From: Ignavibacteriota bacterium
Lineage (GTDB): Bacteria > Bacteroidota > Ignavibacteria > UBA10030
Length of the DNA: 64,000 nt
Direction of reading: 5' to 3'
NCBI GenBank assembly: GCA_963727825.1
Contig: CAVSHO010000011.1
Span: 256,001-320,000, forward strand
A program made the translations under genes and the position numbers. Shown here piece by piece: positions 1-10,154 of this stretch (position 1 is the first letter of the stretch; every line of letters starts with the position of its first letter). A model generated the notes under the pieces. The model was not told the origin of the DNA. It was given only the letters and a program-made list of their open reading frames with translations, and made no database searches.

Positions 1-611
1 GGAAATGGCGGTTTCACTCGTGGATATCCACGTCCGCCTTCAATGGAGTTCATTAACGCCGATTCTTCGCCACAAATGTACGCTCCTGCTCCGCGATGAA
101 TAGTTATATTTGTAGAGAAATTCGCTCCAAGAATTTTTTCGCCGATTAAACCGTTTGTATATGCATCGTCTATCGCCTTCTGAAGCATTCTAATCCATTT
201 GCCATACTCGCCTCGCATGTAAATGTATGCCGTAGTTATTCCCATCGCGTAACAAGCGATAAGTGTCCCTTCGATAAGTAAATGTGGATTGAATTCTATA
301 ATCTGTCTATCTTTAAATGTGCCTGGCTCTGATTCGTCCCCGTTGACGCAAAGATATTTTGGCTTATCGGAATTCTTCGGCATGAACGACCACTTCAATC
401 CTGTTGGAAAGCATGCGCCGCCGCGCCCCCGCAAATTCGATTTTTTAACTTCCTCAATCACGTCGTCTGGATTCATGTCCAGCGCCTTCTTTAACGCTTT
501 ATAACCGCCGTTCGCAAGATAGCAGTCGATCTTGTGTAAATCGGTTATATCAGGCAGAATGATTCGCTTCCACGATGTCAGCTTTTCAGTATTCGCAGGT
601 TGAAGGCTCAT
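1..611 (-). CDS. nuoF: NADH-quinone oxidoreductase subunit F (N-terminal part, runs off window)
   Basis: Manual translation [44 protein letters not shown]...[17 protein letters not shown]...[13 protein letters not shown]...[11 protein letters not shown]; ATG at 611 overlaps the nuoE stop. Confidence 0.95.
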   Translation of the reverse strand, partial: MSLQPANTEKLTSWKRIILPDITDLHKIDCYLANGGYKALKKALDMNPDDVIEEVKKSNLRGRGGACFPTGLKWSFMPKNSDKPKYLCVNGDESEPGTFKDRQIIEFNPHLLIEGTLIACYAMGITTAYIYMRGEYGKWIRMLQKAIDDAYTNGLIGEKILGANFSTNITIHRGAGAYICGEESALMNSIEGGRGYPRVKPPF

Positions 612-1072
612 TGCAGACTGTCTATAAGTTTATCTACTTTTTCCAAGGTCAGGTTTTCATAATACTCGTCTCCGATGGCAAGCATGGGAGCGGTGCCGCA
701 AGATCCCAAACACTCCGTTTCCGAAAGCATCCATTTTTTATCCTTTGATATTTCACCTGCCGTGATACCGAGACGTTTTTCGATATGTTCAAGAATTTTT
801 CCTGAACCGCGCAGCATGCATGAAACGTTTGTGCATACCTCTATATGATGCTTACCAACAGCTTTATTTTGTAACATAGAATAGAACATCATAACGCCAA
901 GTATATGGCTGAAAGGAATATCCAAAAGGGTGCCGGCATACTTCATCGATTCTTCCGAGATATAACCTTCCTGCTCCTGTATCATCCACAATACTGGCAG
1001 TACCAGCGCTTGCGCTGTTGGATAACGCTTCTTTAATTCTTCAACTTTACTTAGATTTTCTTCGTTTAACAT
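608..1072 (-). CDS. nuoE: NADH-quinone oxidoreductase subunit E
   Basis: VCTNVSC and [10 protein letters not shown] 2Fe-2S motifs; operon position. Confidence 0.95.
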   Translation of the reverse strand: MLNEENLSKVEELKKRYPTAQALVLPVLWMIQEQEGYISEESMKYAGTLLDIPFSHILGVMMFYSMLQNKAVGKHHIEVCTNVSCMLRGSGKILEHIEKRLGITAGEISKDKKWMLSETECLGSCGTAPMLAIGDEYYENLTLEKVDKLIDSLQ

Positions 1073-1160
1073 TTATGATATATTTGGAATGTCAAGATTG
1101 CTATATTATCGCAATCCTACTAAACACCTTTTTTACTTTTATCTTTTTCATTTTTAATTC

Positions 1161-2417
1161 TTATTTATCCGCTTCTCCCATCACGGGATCCAAGCTGCCG
1201 ACAATTGCCACAACATCGGAAATCATTGCGCCCTTCATCATAGTAGAAATTGATTGCAAGTTAACAAATGACGGAGACCGAATTTTCAATCGCCACGGCT
1301 GACCTTCGCCGTTGCTATAAATATAAAAGCCCAATTCACCCTTTGGCGCTTCAACTGCATGATAAACTTCGCCAACAGGTGGATTCACTCCAAAATTTAT
1401 GATCATAAAGTCTTGAATGAGTTCTTCCATTTTCTTATATACACGTTCTTTCTTTGGAAGTACTTTCTTTGGTTGGCTTGCGTTCACTTCTCCAGCAGGT
1501 ATTTTATCCAGTACTTGCCGAATAATCTTTATACTTTCTTTTATCTCTGCCATACGAACGTAATAGCGCGCAAGACAATCGCCGCCTTCGTAAGTTGGAA
1601 CGACAAAATCAAGATCATTATAGATGAGGTAAGGATTTGCTCGCCGCAAATCATGCTCCACACCGCATGCACGGAGACAGGGGCCGGTGAGACCAAGGTC
1701 AATTGCCCGTTCTTTGGATATTACACCAACTCCATCAACACGGCCAAGAAATATTCGATTAGTGTTGAGTAATTTTTCGCAATCGAGTACTTTTCCCGGA
1801 AGATCATCAATAAAGCCACGGATAATCGAAAGTGTTTCCGATGTAATATCTTGCGCCAAACCGCCAATACGAGTGTAACTGGTAGTAAAGCGAGCGCCGG
1901 CAATTATTTCGAAGATATCGTACATTTTTTCGCGCTCACGGAATGACCACATCCACACTGTCAATGCGCCAACATCCATTGCAAGCGAACCGAGGAACAT
2001 TAGGTGAGAAGAAATACGGGCTAGCTCAGAGATGAGCGTGCTAATGTACTGCGCACGCAACGGGGCTTCGATGCCGAGTAACTTTTCAACAGCAAGAACA
2101 TACGCTACATTGTTAGAAAGCGGTGAGAGATAATCAAGACGGTCTGTATGTGGGATAAACTCATGGAAGCTGCAATTCTCTGCCAATTTTTCATACCCGC
2201 GATGCAAATACCCGATTTCCGGAACCGATGCCAACACAGTCTCACCGTCCAGCTTGATAAGCAACCGCAACACACCGTGCGTTGCAGGATGTTGAGGTCC
2301 CATATTAAGCACCATCTCATTCTCAAGCGGATCATCAAACGTAACAGTTGTATGCTCGTCCTCAAGCGCTTCGAGAATCTTTGATTTTCTGATCGTGTTT
2401 TCCGGTTTCTGTTCCAT
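1161..2417 (-). CDS. nuoD: NADH-quinone oxidoreductase subunit D
   Basis: NMGPQHPATHGVLR, GYLHRG, EAPKGELG, DPVMGEADK. Confidence 0.97.
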   Translation of the reverse strand: MEQKPENTIRKSKILEALEDEHTTVTFDDPLENEMVLNMGPQHPATHGVLRLLIKLDGETVLASVPEIGYLHRGYEKLAENCSFHEFIPHTDRLDYLSPLSNNVAYVLAVEKLLGIEAPLRAQYISTLISELARISSHLMFLGSLAMDVGALTVWMWSFREREKMYDIFEIIAGARFTTSYTRIGGLAQDITSETLSIIRGFIDDLPGKVLDCEKLLNTNRIFLGRVDGVGVISKERAIDLGLTGPCLRACGVEHDLRRANPYLIYNDLDFVVPTYEGGDCLARYYVRMAEIKESIKIIRQVLDKIPAGEVNASQPKKVLPKKERVYKKMEELIQDFMIINFGVNPPVGEVYHAVEAPKGELGFYIYSNGEGQPWRLKIRSPSFVNLQSISTMMKGAMISDVVAIVGSLDPVMGEADK

Positions 2418-2445
2418 TGTTCGCTTACTGCCTCAGCTTTTCCAT

Positions 2446-2517
2446 GTGCTGTCAGGAGTTACCTCCTGACAGTAAACCAAGACAATTTTATGTCGGGACG
2501 AAAGTCCCGACATCACG
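2446..2517. repeat. 72-bp double-hairpin REP-like element, copy 1
   Basis: gctgtcaggag-ttac-ctcctgacag plus atgtcgggac-gaaa-gtcccgacat; near-identical copy at 3122-3193. Confidence 0.85.
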
Positions 2518-2587
2518 TTAAATGCGCGTTCTCAAGCGCTTCGAGAATCTTTGATTTGCGATCGTTCTGTTCTATTCTTGTTTCCAT
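2513..2587 (-). pseudogene. Duplicated, truncated nuoD 5' end (24-aa mini-ORF)
   Basis: Reads METRIEQNDRKSKILEALENAHLT*; 27 nt at 2531-2557 are identical to nuoD 2361-2387. Confidence 0.8.
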
Positions 2588-2588
2588 C

Positions 2589-3080
2589 TTATTTTTTCGG
2601 CAACTCTAAAGATCCACGAATACCCATCAACGGAAAATCTTTGCGAAGCGGATAATATTCAAACTCATCCGGCATGTAAATTCTACGCAGATCAGGATGC
2701 CCGTCGAAGATGATACCGAACATATCGAATGCTTCACGCTCGTGCCAATTTGCAGTTCCCCACACACTTGTTACACTAGGCACTTTCGGATTTTCCTCTT
2801 CAGTAAAGGTCTTCAACCGAATACGATGCTTGTTAATGAAAGAATACAAGTTGTAAATGACGCCAAATCGTTTCGACGGTGTATTCATATCAATACCGCA
2901 TAAATCTGCGAGAAGGTCAAAGTTAAGTTCATTGTTTTCCCTTAAATATTTACAGACTTCAACAATTCGTTCCTTTGGGATTACGACGGTTAACTCGCCG
3001 CGAAATTCGTTTGCTTCCAGTGCTATATCAGCAAACTTCGTTTCGAGTCGCTCGAGAACTTTTTTATTCATCGCTTCCAT
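2589..3080 (-). CDS. nuoC: NADH-quinone oxidoreductase subunit C
   Basis: ANWHEREAFDMFGIIFDGHPDLRRI...PLRKDFPL. Confidence 0.96.
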   Translation of the reverse strand: MEAMNKKVLERLETKFADIALEANEFRGELTVVIPKERIVEVCKYLRENNELNFDLLADLCGIDMNTPSKRFGVIYNLYSFINKHRIRLKTFTEEENPKVPSVTSVWGTANWHEREAFDMFGIIFDGHPDLRRIYMPDEFEYYPLRKDFPLMGIRGSLELPKK

Positions 3081-3121
3081 AGATATTAAATATTATGAAT
3101 ACCTTTTTAGAAACCATTCGA

Positions 3122-3193
3122 GTGCTGTCAGGAGTTACCTCCTAACAGCAAATCGAGACAATTTTATGCCGGGACGAAAGTCCCGACATCACG
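3122..3193. repeat. 72-bp double-hairpin REP-like element, copy 2
   Basis: Near-identical to 2446-2517. Confidence 0.85.
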
Positions 3194-3200
3194 ATAAAAA

Positions 3201-3279
3201 CCACCTCCCCATCCCGATTTGATATAACATCGTGCCGGGATTTCCCCTCCTCAAACGAGGAGGGGATTAAGGGGTGTTG
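3201..3279. repeat. Palindromic repeat (tcccctcctc-aaac-gaggagggga family), copy 1
   Basis: Inverted, longer copy at 38959-39060. Confidence 0.8.
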
Positions 3280-3359
3280 TACTTCGTTCTATTACATTTC
3301 ATGTTTACCAATATATAAGATGGTTTTGTGTAATATCAGTTCTTGATTTCTTTTGGAAA

Positions 3360-3893
3360 TTATTTTGCAGCTGCGTTTGATCCAGTGTGGCCACGGAAAT
3401 CGCCAATAAACGCAGGAGCTGTTCCCTTGCTTTCGCCCCGCTGCACTTTTTGCTGAAGATATATAAGTGCATTTAAAAGATTATCCGGACGCGGCGGACA
3501 GCCGGCAACGTAAACATCCACTGGAAGAAACTGATCAATACCTTGAACCACGGAATATGTCCGATACATTCCGCCGGAAGATGTGCACGCACCCATTGCA
3601 ATAACCCATTTCGGTTCGGGCATCTGATCATAAATCTTGCGCACAACTTTTGCCATCTTGAATGTTGTTGTTCCCGCAACGATCATTACATCGCATTGAC
3701 GCGGAGTAAAACGCATCACCTCGGATCCGAAGCGAGCGATGTCGAATCTTGGCCCTGCCGCCGCCATCATCTCGATGGCACAGCATGATATACCCATCGG
3801 CATTGGGTAAAGAGAATTCTTGCGGCACCAATTGATAACATCTTCAAGCTTAGTCGCAATATATCCGTCGCCCATCCAGCTCTCTAATCCCAT
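3360..3893 (-). CDS. nuoB: NADH-quinone oxidoreductase subunit B
   Basis: [32 protein letters not shown]; start taken at MGLESW (3893). Confidence 0.96.
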   Translation of the reverse strand: MGLESWMGDGYIATKLEDVINWCRKNSLYPMPMGISCCAIEMMAAAGPRFDIARFGSEVMRFTPRQCDVMIVAGTTTFKMAKVVRKIYDQMPEPKWVIAMGACTSSGGMYRTYSVVQGIDQFLPVDVYVAGCPPRPDNLLNALIYLQQKVQRGESKGTAPAFIGDFRGHTGSNAAAK

Positions 3894-4240
3894 TCCAAGG
3901 CTCCTTTCCTCCAAACGTAATAAAAGCCAATTAAGAGGATGAAGATAAAAACAAACATCACCACAAAGCCTTGTACACCAAGTTGTTTGTAGGTCACTGC
4001 CCAAGGATACATAAAAACGATTTCGATGTCGAAGACGATGAAGAGCATTGCAACTAAATAGTATTTTACAGAAAAACGTTCACGTGCTGTTCGCACTGGT
4101 TCCATACCGCTTTCGTATGTAGATTGTTTTTCACTACCGGGACGTCTGGGCCCAAATAACTCGTTGGCTTTGCCCATGAAAATGCCAAACGCAGCGGCAC
4201 AGCCGATCATCAGAAATATTGGAATATAAGTTTCAATCAT
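3884..4240 (-). CDS. nuoA: NADH-quinone oxidoreductase subunit A
   Basis: [30 protein letters not shown]. Confidence 0.96.
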   Translation of the reverse strand: MIETYIPIFLMIGCAAAFGIFMGKANELFGPRRPGSEKQSTYESGMEPVRTARERFSVKYYLVAMLFIVFDIEIVFMYPWAVTYKQLGVQGFVVMFVFIFILLIGFYYVWRKGALEWD

Positions 4241-4366
4241 TTCACAGAATATTCCATTTTTTGATATTTTAAAAATAATTGCTTGAAAAACAAACCCAGC
4301 TTCATTTTCAAGCTCATTTTATAAAACAAGAGAAGAGCACTGATAATTCCCATTTGATATCTTTGC

Positions 4367-4415
4367 AACCTTCCGAAGGTCTCATTGTTTGAACGAAGAT
4401 GATCTTCGGAAAGTT
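4367..4415. repeat. REP-like inverted repeat (aaccttNcgaagg family)
   Basis: aaccttccgaaggtc...gatcttcggaaagtt; resembles palindromes flanking the RAYT at 41214 and 41820. Confidence 0.6.
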
Positions 4416-4420
4416 ACTAG

Positions 4421-6137
4421 TTACTTCATCTCAATCTTCACGCCTTCTAAAGGCCAGCGAGCGCGAACCTTGAGCGTGTCGGAAAACGAGCTAAACCGTT
4501 CTGAGTAGATGAAAGGAAAAGGTTTACCTGAATCGTATTTGCCGTTGTTGTTTCGATCTCTAAATGATTGAAAAATGTAGCGCCCTTCTGTAACTTGCGG
4601 AAATAAAAAATTTCCCGTTGCATCAGTTGTTACAATGTACTGTTTTGGTTTTTTTTCTCCAATTTGAGATGCTACTACATACAAATGTCCTGTGGTATCT
4701 ATTTTGTTTTTATCAACAACAATTCCTTCGACGCTGCTTAAGTCTTCGATATCAAATGTCTCAAAACGCCACGATTTTGTGGAATCATGACATGCATGTC
4801 CAGCCCAATCGCGCACTTTTCGCAATTCTGCACGAAGCGTGTACCATGTCCGGCTCGTTAATTGGTTCTCAGGCTGAAGTGAAATCTCCACATCACTAAT
4901 CAATTTCTTTTCAGTTGCTACTAATTGTTTATTATTGTCGAAAAGATTTATCCAATCAAGTGAATCCGATTTTGCCAATGCATCTGAAAACGTCATTGTT
5001 ACAACCGGTTGAAGGTCGATGGCTTGTGCACTGTCTTTGATCGACACAGAAACTAATCGCGTAGCAAGCGTATCCGACTTCAGCGAACTCTGGAATAGGA
5101 GTGCATTCGCAAGCAGATTAATTTTATTCCCAATAGAATCCGTTATGCCCTGCACGCTAAGACGGTAAACTCTGCCAGAATCTTGTTTTTGTGTAATCAC
5201 AAAGAATGAACTTAAATCTGTAGGCGAAGAATAAGCTATTAAAAGCTTAAGCGGTTTCCCATCAACAGTATCGATAGCTGATAACGATGAAAGACTGATG
5301 GAAGCCGGATTTATTGATTTCGAAAATCCTGCAAGTATATGATTTCGGTTCGGTGAAGTAACTTTGACAAGCCGCGGACATGTTGTATCCTCTTTCGCAA
5401 GCTTCATCAACACTCCAGTGGCTAATGAATCTAAAGCTGTAATATTGATAATGTCTGACTGCACGCCATATTCATCTATTTCACGATCGTATACAAGATT
5501 CCGATACTCATCCCGGACTGCAATTATTCGATAATTGCCAAAAGGGATATGATGAAGGAAGAAATCGCCGTTTTTTCCTGTCTGAGTAATAAAATCAGGC
5601 TTTACATTGATAGGATTTAGAGTATCGGGATTCAAGCCCTCTAATCGGTACGCGAAGATCATAATACCAGAAATTGCATCGCCATTATTTCTTGGATACA
5701 CGCGTCCTTCAATTGCTCCACGATCGATTTCCTTTCCAGTTGAAAACGCAAGAGTAAATGCACGTGCCATTCTATTCTTATTAAGATCCTCCGCATCTGT
5801 TCCGATATTTACAACGTACGTAGTGTTGGTTTTGAGTTTTTCCAAGAATGTTATTTCTAATTCTTTTCCGCTCCAGTTAAACTCCGGTGTTCCAATGTAC
5901 GGTGAAATAAAGACCGCTTCCTCGACACTTCGTTCATTCATATAGCGATCAAATTTCAATTGAATTTTATTGTCACTGAAATTTCGCTATACTGCTGCTA
6001 TCAGGATATGTTGAAACAATTTCCGGTGTTGTTCTGTCAATTGGCCCTCCTTGCGGCGGTTCTTGGTTAGCACATCCCACAAGAAAGAGCACAACAAAAG
6101 AAAAAATGATTATATGATCAATGACGTTATACTTCAT
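4421..6137 (-). CDS. Ig-like (Big_5-type) domain lipoprotein, split by one frameshift near 5988
   Basis: N-terminus MKYNVIDHIIIFSFVVLFLVGC (lipobox) ANQEPPQGGPIDRTTPEIVSTYP in one frame, continuing as the 4421-5959 ORF; ATG overlaps the mltG stop. Confidence 0.8.
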
Positions 6138-7162
6138 TTTTTTGAAGCCCGTTGTAATTCGCGCCGTGTGCGATGATACATAATTACATTTTTTTGATGA
6201 TCACTGAACTTTTTAGCAAAGTGATGCCCACCGACACCTGTGGCGACAAAATATAAATAATCATTCTGCTGAGGAAAAAGGACGGCACGAATAGAAGATT
6301 TCCCTGGATTGTTAATTGGGCCAGGTGGCAATCCATAATGCCGATAAGTATTGTAAGGTGAATTAAATTCCAAATCTTTATGATTCAATTTCTTACCTTC
6401 CCCGAGTGCGTACTGTACCGTCGGATCAGCTTCAAGCTGCATTCTCTTTTTTAGCCGGTTCCAATATACACCGGCAATAATAGGACGTTCATCGCTAATA
6501 CTTGATTCAGCTTCTACAATCGAGGCAAGTGTAAGAATCTCCTGCTGTGACGCTTTCATCTCGCGCTGTCGTTCAAGAAGAGTATCATTATAGAAATGCT
6601 TAAATTCAGTAAGCATTAGTTCGATAATTTCATGCTCATCCGTCTGCCAGTAAAATGTGTACGTCTCCGGCATTAAATATCCTTCCAACGACTTCGTTTC
6701 AATGCCATGATTATGAAGGAACATACTATCATTGCAAATTGCTAGAAATTTCTCTTCATCAATTCCAATTTCATGTTTGTACCTGCGCGCAATCTGTTCC
6801 ATCCGCCATCCCTCCGGAATAGTAACCGGAATAATCAAACGTGATTTTCCCACACGGATATCTTTAAGAATGTCAAGATTGGATTGACCGGAAACGAAAA
6901 GATATTTTCCTGTTTTTATTACTTTCGTGTACCCTATCAAACGGCCGGCAATTTGAAATGACCATTGGCTTCGAATGGCTTGCGAGCTTATTAACGAATC
7001 AACTACTGACCGAAATGATGCACCGCGTGGAATCGTCACTACTTTTCCCTTCGGATCATTATAATTATATGGCATTAGGAAAATATAGTATGTAAAAGCG
7101 AATACAAGGATACAAAAGGCAATTGTGATAATTAATAATCGATGGAACAACCGGATTGTCAT
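6134..7162 (-). CDS. mltG: Endolytic transglycosylase MltG
   Basis: LEGYLMPETY, LASIVEAE, LEADPTVQY, SPYNTYRHYGLPPGPINNPG. Confidence 0.95.
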   Translation of the reverse strand: MTIRLFHRLLIITIAFCILVFAFTYYIFLMPYNYNDPKGKVVTIPRGASFRSVVDSLISSQAIRSQWSFQIAGRLIGYTKVIKTGKYLFVSGQSNLDILKDIRVGKSRLIIPVTIPEGWRMEQIARRYKHEIGIDEEKFLAICNDSMFLHNHGIETKSLEGYLMPETYTFYWQTDEHEIIELMLTEFKHFYNDTLLERQREMKASQQEILTLASIVEAESSISDERPIIAGVYWNRLKKRMQLEADPTVQYALGEGKKLNHKDLEFNSPYNTYRHYGLPPGPINNPGKSSIRAVLFPQQNDYLYFVATGVGGHHFAKKFSDHQKNVIMYHRTRRELQRASKK

Positions 7163-7167
7163 GCTTT

Positions 7168-7476
7168 TTATTTCAAATGTTTCTTTTTCCCGTGCATCGC
7201 AATACGCTCAGCACTTCGCGATTCATCAATGATGCGCTCGAAGAGCCGCTGGATGGCTTTAACAGAAAGCGGGCCGCGGTTTGCCGCCGCAACATTGTGT
7301 TTCACTTCTTCTTCACGTTCAGGCGAATACGCTTCCATCCCAAGAAGAATTTTGATCTTGCCAATCTCCTCAGCGCATTTTGTTCGCTCATTCAGAAGCA
7401 TTACCAATTCATGATCAATTTTGTCTATCCGATCACGCCAACGGCTTATTTCTTTCTTGGGATCTTTCATAGTCAA
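7168..7476 (-). CDS. Chorismate mutase (AroQ type)
   Basis: WRDRIDKIDHELVMLLNER...IGKIK...PERE. Confidence 0.9.
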   Translation of the reverse strand: MTMKDPKKEISRWRDRIDKIDHELVMLLNERTKCAEEIGKIKILLGMEAYSPEREEEVKHNVAAANRGPLSVKAIQRLFERIIDESRSAERIAMHGKKKHLK

Positions 7477-8483
7477 TTCAATTGTAAGTTCGGTTCAGCT
7501 GTGAGTTCAAGATTTGAAACGAATCCTTTACGCAACCGCTCATATCCTGCCTGCGCTACCATTGCACCATTGTCTGTACAAAAATCTAATTTGGGAATAA
7601 AGAGATGCAGGTGATTGATTTTCGCTTCAACTTCAAGACGACGGCGTAATTCCGAATTTGCCGATACTCCACCGCACACTGCAATATCTTTCACTCCATT
7701 TTTTTTTGCTGCAGATATCAATTTAGCAATCAACACATCTACGACCGCCGCCTGAAAACTTGCGCATACATCGGCAACAAATTGCTCATTCACATTGGCA
7801 GTTTTATCGAACCCAATTTTACGCAAATAGTACAGCACAGAAGTTTTCAATCCGCTGAAGCTGAATTGATGTGAACCTTCCTCAAGATATGGACGCGGAA
7901 ACTTTATGGTTTTCGCGTTTCCTTTTGATGCAAACTTGTCAACTAGCGGTCCACCCGGATAGCCTACGCCAAGCATTTTTGCCACCTTATCAAAAGCTTC
8001 ACCTGCCGCATCATCCATTGTCTCGCCCAGCAATTCACTTTTAAAATAATCCTTCATCAACACAAGCTGTGTGTGTCCGCCAGAAACCGTTAAGTTAACG
8101 AATGGAAACGACGGCTTCGGTTCTTCAATCATATTTGAAAATATGTGTGCTTCCATGTGATTGACACCGATAAATGGGATGCCGAGTCCCATTGCCATCG
8201 CTTTACCGAAACTTAATCCAACTAAAATTGATCCAATAAGTCCGGGACCATAAACTGCGGCAATAGCATCTAAATCTTTCTTTTTAATCGAAGCTTTCCG
8301 CAACGCATCATCAACAATCGAAACAATGAACCGTTGGTGCGCGCGCGAAGCCAGCTCAGGCACTACTCCACCGTATTCCGTGTGAAATAGCTGCATCGCG
8401 GTAGCATTTGAGAGAAGTTTTCCATCCCTCACTACTGCTGCAGAAGTTTCATCACAAGATGTTTCAATTCCTAAAATGACCAT
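7473..8483 (-). CDS. tsaD: tRNA N6-adenosine threonylcarbamoyltransferase TsaD
   Basis: ILGIETSCDET, GGVVPELASRAH, NHMEAH, SGGHT, CTDNGAM; start taken at MVILG. Confidence 0.97.
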   Translation of the reverse strand: MVILGIETSCDETSAAVVRDGKLLSNATAMQLFHTEYGGVVPELASRAHQRFIVSIVDDALRKASIKKKDLDAIAAVYGPGLIGSILVGLSFGKAMAMGLGIPFIGVNHMEAHIFSNMIEEPKPSFPFVNLTVSGGHTQLVLMKDYFKSELLGETMDDAAGEAFDKVAKMLGVGYPGGPLVDKFASKGNAKTIKFPRPYLEEGSHQFSFSGLKTSVLYYLRKIGFDKTANVNEQFVADVCASFQAAVVDVLIAKLISAAKKNGVKDIAVCGGVSANSELRRRLEVEAKINHLHLFIPKLDFCTDNGAMVAQAGYERLRKGFVSNLELTAEPNLQLN

Positions 8484-8642
8484 ACTTATTGTTATGATAA
8501 CCAAATTTGATTCTTTGTGCAACGGAACAACTGAAATTATCTGCGCCATAATGAATCGAATCTAACATAGAAATTTTAACTTAAGGATGGTAGTTTTATG
8601 ATTTCATTCTTCAAACATCGCTGTTAATAGTAGAATTTCTCC

Positions 8643-8671
8643 TTGCCTCTCGTGGGTTTTCTCGTTATATT
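8643..8671 (+). promoter_or_regulatory. Putative sigma70 promoter of rpmB
   Basis: TTGCCT-17 nt-TATATT about 40 nt upstream of the rpmB start. Confidence 0.5.
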
Positions 8672-8711
8672 AATTTTATAATTGATAACATTGAAATTAG
8701 TGGAGTTGCAA

Positions 8712-8906
8712 ATGGCAAGAATTTGTGAAGTGTGTGGCAAGAAACCGATGGCAGGCAACCACGTCAGCCACGCACATAATCGCGTTCCAAGACGTTTTCT
8801 TCCAAATCTTCAAAATGTAAAAGTGAAAGTGGGGTCTGGCAGCGTAAAAAGCATTCAGGTTTGCACAAACTGCATCAAATCCGGGAAGATTCAAAAAGCA
8901 GCGTAA
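8712..8906 (+). CDS. rpmB: 50S ribosomal protein L28
   Basis: [10 protein letters not shown]...GNHVSHAHN...RRFLPNLQ...VCTNCIK. Confidence 0.96.
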   Translation: MARICEVCGKKPMAGNHVSHAHNRVPRRFLPNLQNVKVKVGSGSVKSIQVCTNCIKSGKIQKAA

Positions 8907-8931
8907 GTTTATTGGGCATTATGAATTTTTG

Positions 8932-8958
8932 AAATCCCGCCCCTCAGCGGGATTTTTT
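8932..8958 (+). terminator. Rho-independent terminator after rpmB
   Basis: aaatcccgc-ccctca-gcgggattt followed by a T tract. Confidence 0.8.
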
Positions 8959-9038
8959 GTCAACCGCTTATGAGAGGCAACCATAAGGGCATATTTTTGA
9001 TAAATCGGTGAGTTCGTCACGTATATTTTATTCAAGCG

Positions 9039-9662
9039 ATGAAATTTTTTTCACCACCAAATCAATTGACCTTTCTGAGAATTTTACTCACGCCGGTATT
9101 CCTTGTCTTCTTGTTGTCTTCCAATTCCATTTTACGTCAATGGTCACTTGCAGTTTTTATTTTTGCTGCCATAACCGATTGGTATGATGGATGGCTTGCA
9201 CGGCATTGGGGTTATGTTACACGCTGGGGAGCATTCCTAGATCCATTGGCCGATAAAGTTCTCACTTCAGCTGCCCTTCTTGCTTATTCATATCTCGGCT
9301 TAGTATCAGTTTGGATGGTGTGGATTATTGTTATCCGTGATGCCATCATCACCATTCTTCGTTCTTATGCTGAGTACAAAGGCAAACCGGTAGATACATC
9401 TAAGTTGGCCAAAACAAAAACTTTCGCGCAATATGTCATCATCTATTATTTATTGATTTTTTATGTTGCGCAAAATACCCCATCGATTGAGGAACATTTT
9501 AGCGGATTAATTAAAACGCTCCTAAATTATTCCTTTATATATTGTGCAATGCTGATCATCACCGGTATTACATTGTGGACCGGAATCATTTATATTATCG
9601 ACAACTGGAAAACCATTCACGAACTATATGAGTCCTCAAACAAATTTTCCGAACCCGAATAA
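9039..9662 (+). CDS. pgsA: CDP-diacylglycerol--glycerol-3-phosphate phosphatidyltransferase
   Basis: PNQLTFLR, TDWYDGWLAR...GAFLDPLADK. Confidence 0.93.
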   Translation: MKFFSPPNQLTFLRILLTPVFLVFLLSSNSILRQWSLAVFIFAAITDWYDGWLARHWGYVTRWGAFLDPLADKVLTSAALLAYSYLGLVSVWMVWIIVIRDAIITILRSYAEYKGKPVDTSKLAKTKTFAQYVIIYYLLIFYVAQNTPSIEEHFSGLIKTLLNYSFIYCAMLIITGITLWTGIIYIIDNWKTIHELYESSNKFSEPE

Positions 9663-10149
9663 AGATGTTACAATCGTTGAACCTTCGTTTGTCACTAAGT
9701 TATTCGCCTCAGCTTTATTTTCCGGATATTCACCTATCGCATCCGGTACGGTGGGCAGTGCGGTTGCGCTTACTTTTTATTTTATTCCTGGATTTGAATC
9801 ATTAGCTATCATCGGCACATCAATATTTGTAGTTTTTATTCTTGGCCTCAAAACAGCAAACACGATGGAACAGCGGTACGGCCACGATCCTGCTGAAGTG
9901 ACAATCGATGAGGTTGTGGGTATGTGGATTTCAATGGTTATGCTTCCTAAAAAAATATTTGTTGTGATTGCAGCATTTTTCGTCTTTCGGTTTTTCGATA
10001 TCTTCAAACCATATCCAGCTCGCAAGTTTGATAATATGCACGGCGGTTTCGGTATTATGATGGACGATGTTATTGCCGGCATTTATGCGAACATCATCCT
10101 TCAACTTTTATTATTAATTCCTATTGCTAAGGATTTTTTATTGAGATAG
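9628..10149 (+). CDS. pgpA: Phosphatidylglycerophosphatase A
   Basis: SGTVGS, HDPAEVTIDEVVG, FRFFDIFKP, GIMMDDVIAG. Confidence 0.95.
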   Translation: MSPQTNFPNPNKDVTIVEPSFVTKLFASALFSGYSPIASGTVGSAVALTFYFIPGFESLAIIGTSIFVVFILGLKTANTMEQRYGHDPAEVTIDEVVGMWISMVMLPKKIFVVIAAFFVFRFFDIFKPYPARKFDNMHGGFGIMMDDVIAGIYANIILQLLLLIPIAKDFLLR

Positions 10150-10154
10150 AAATT

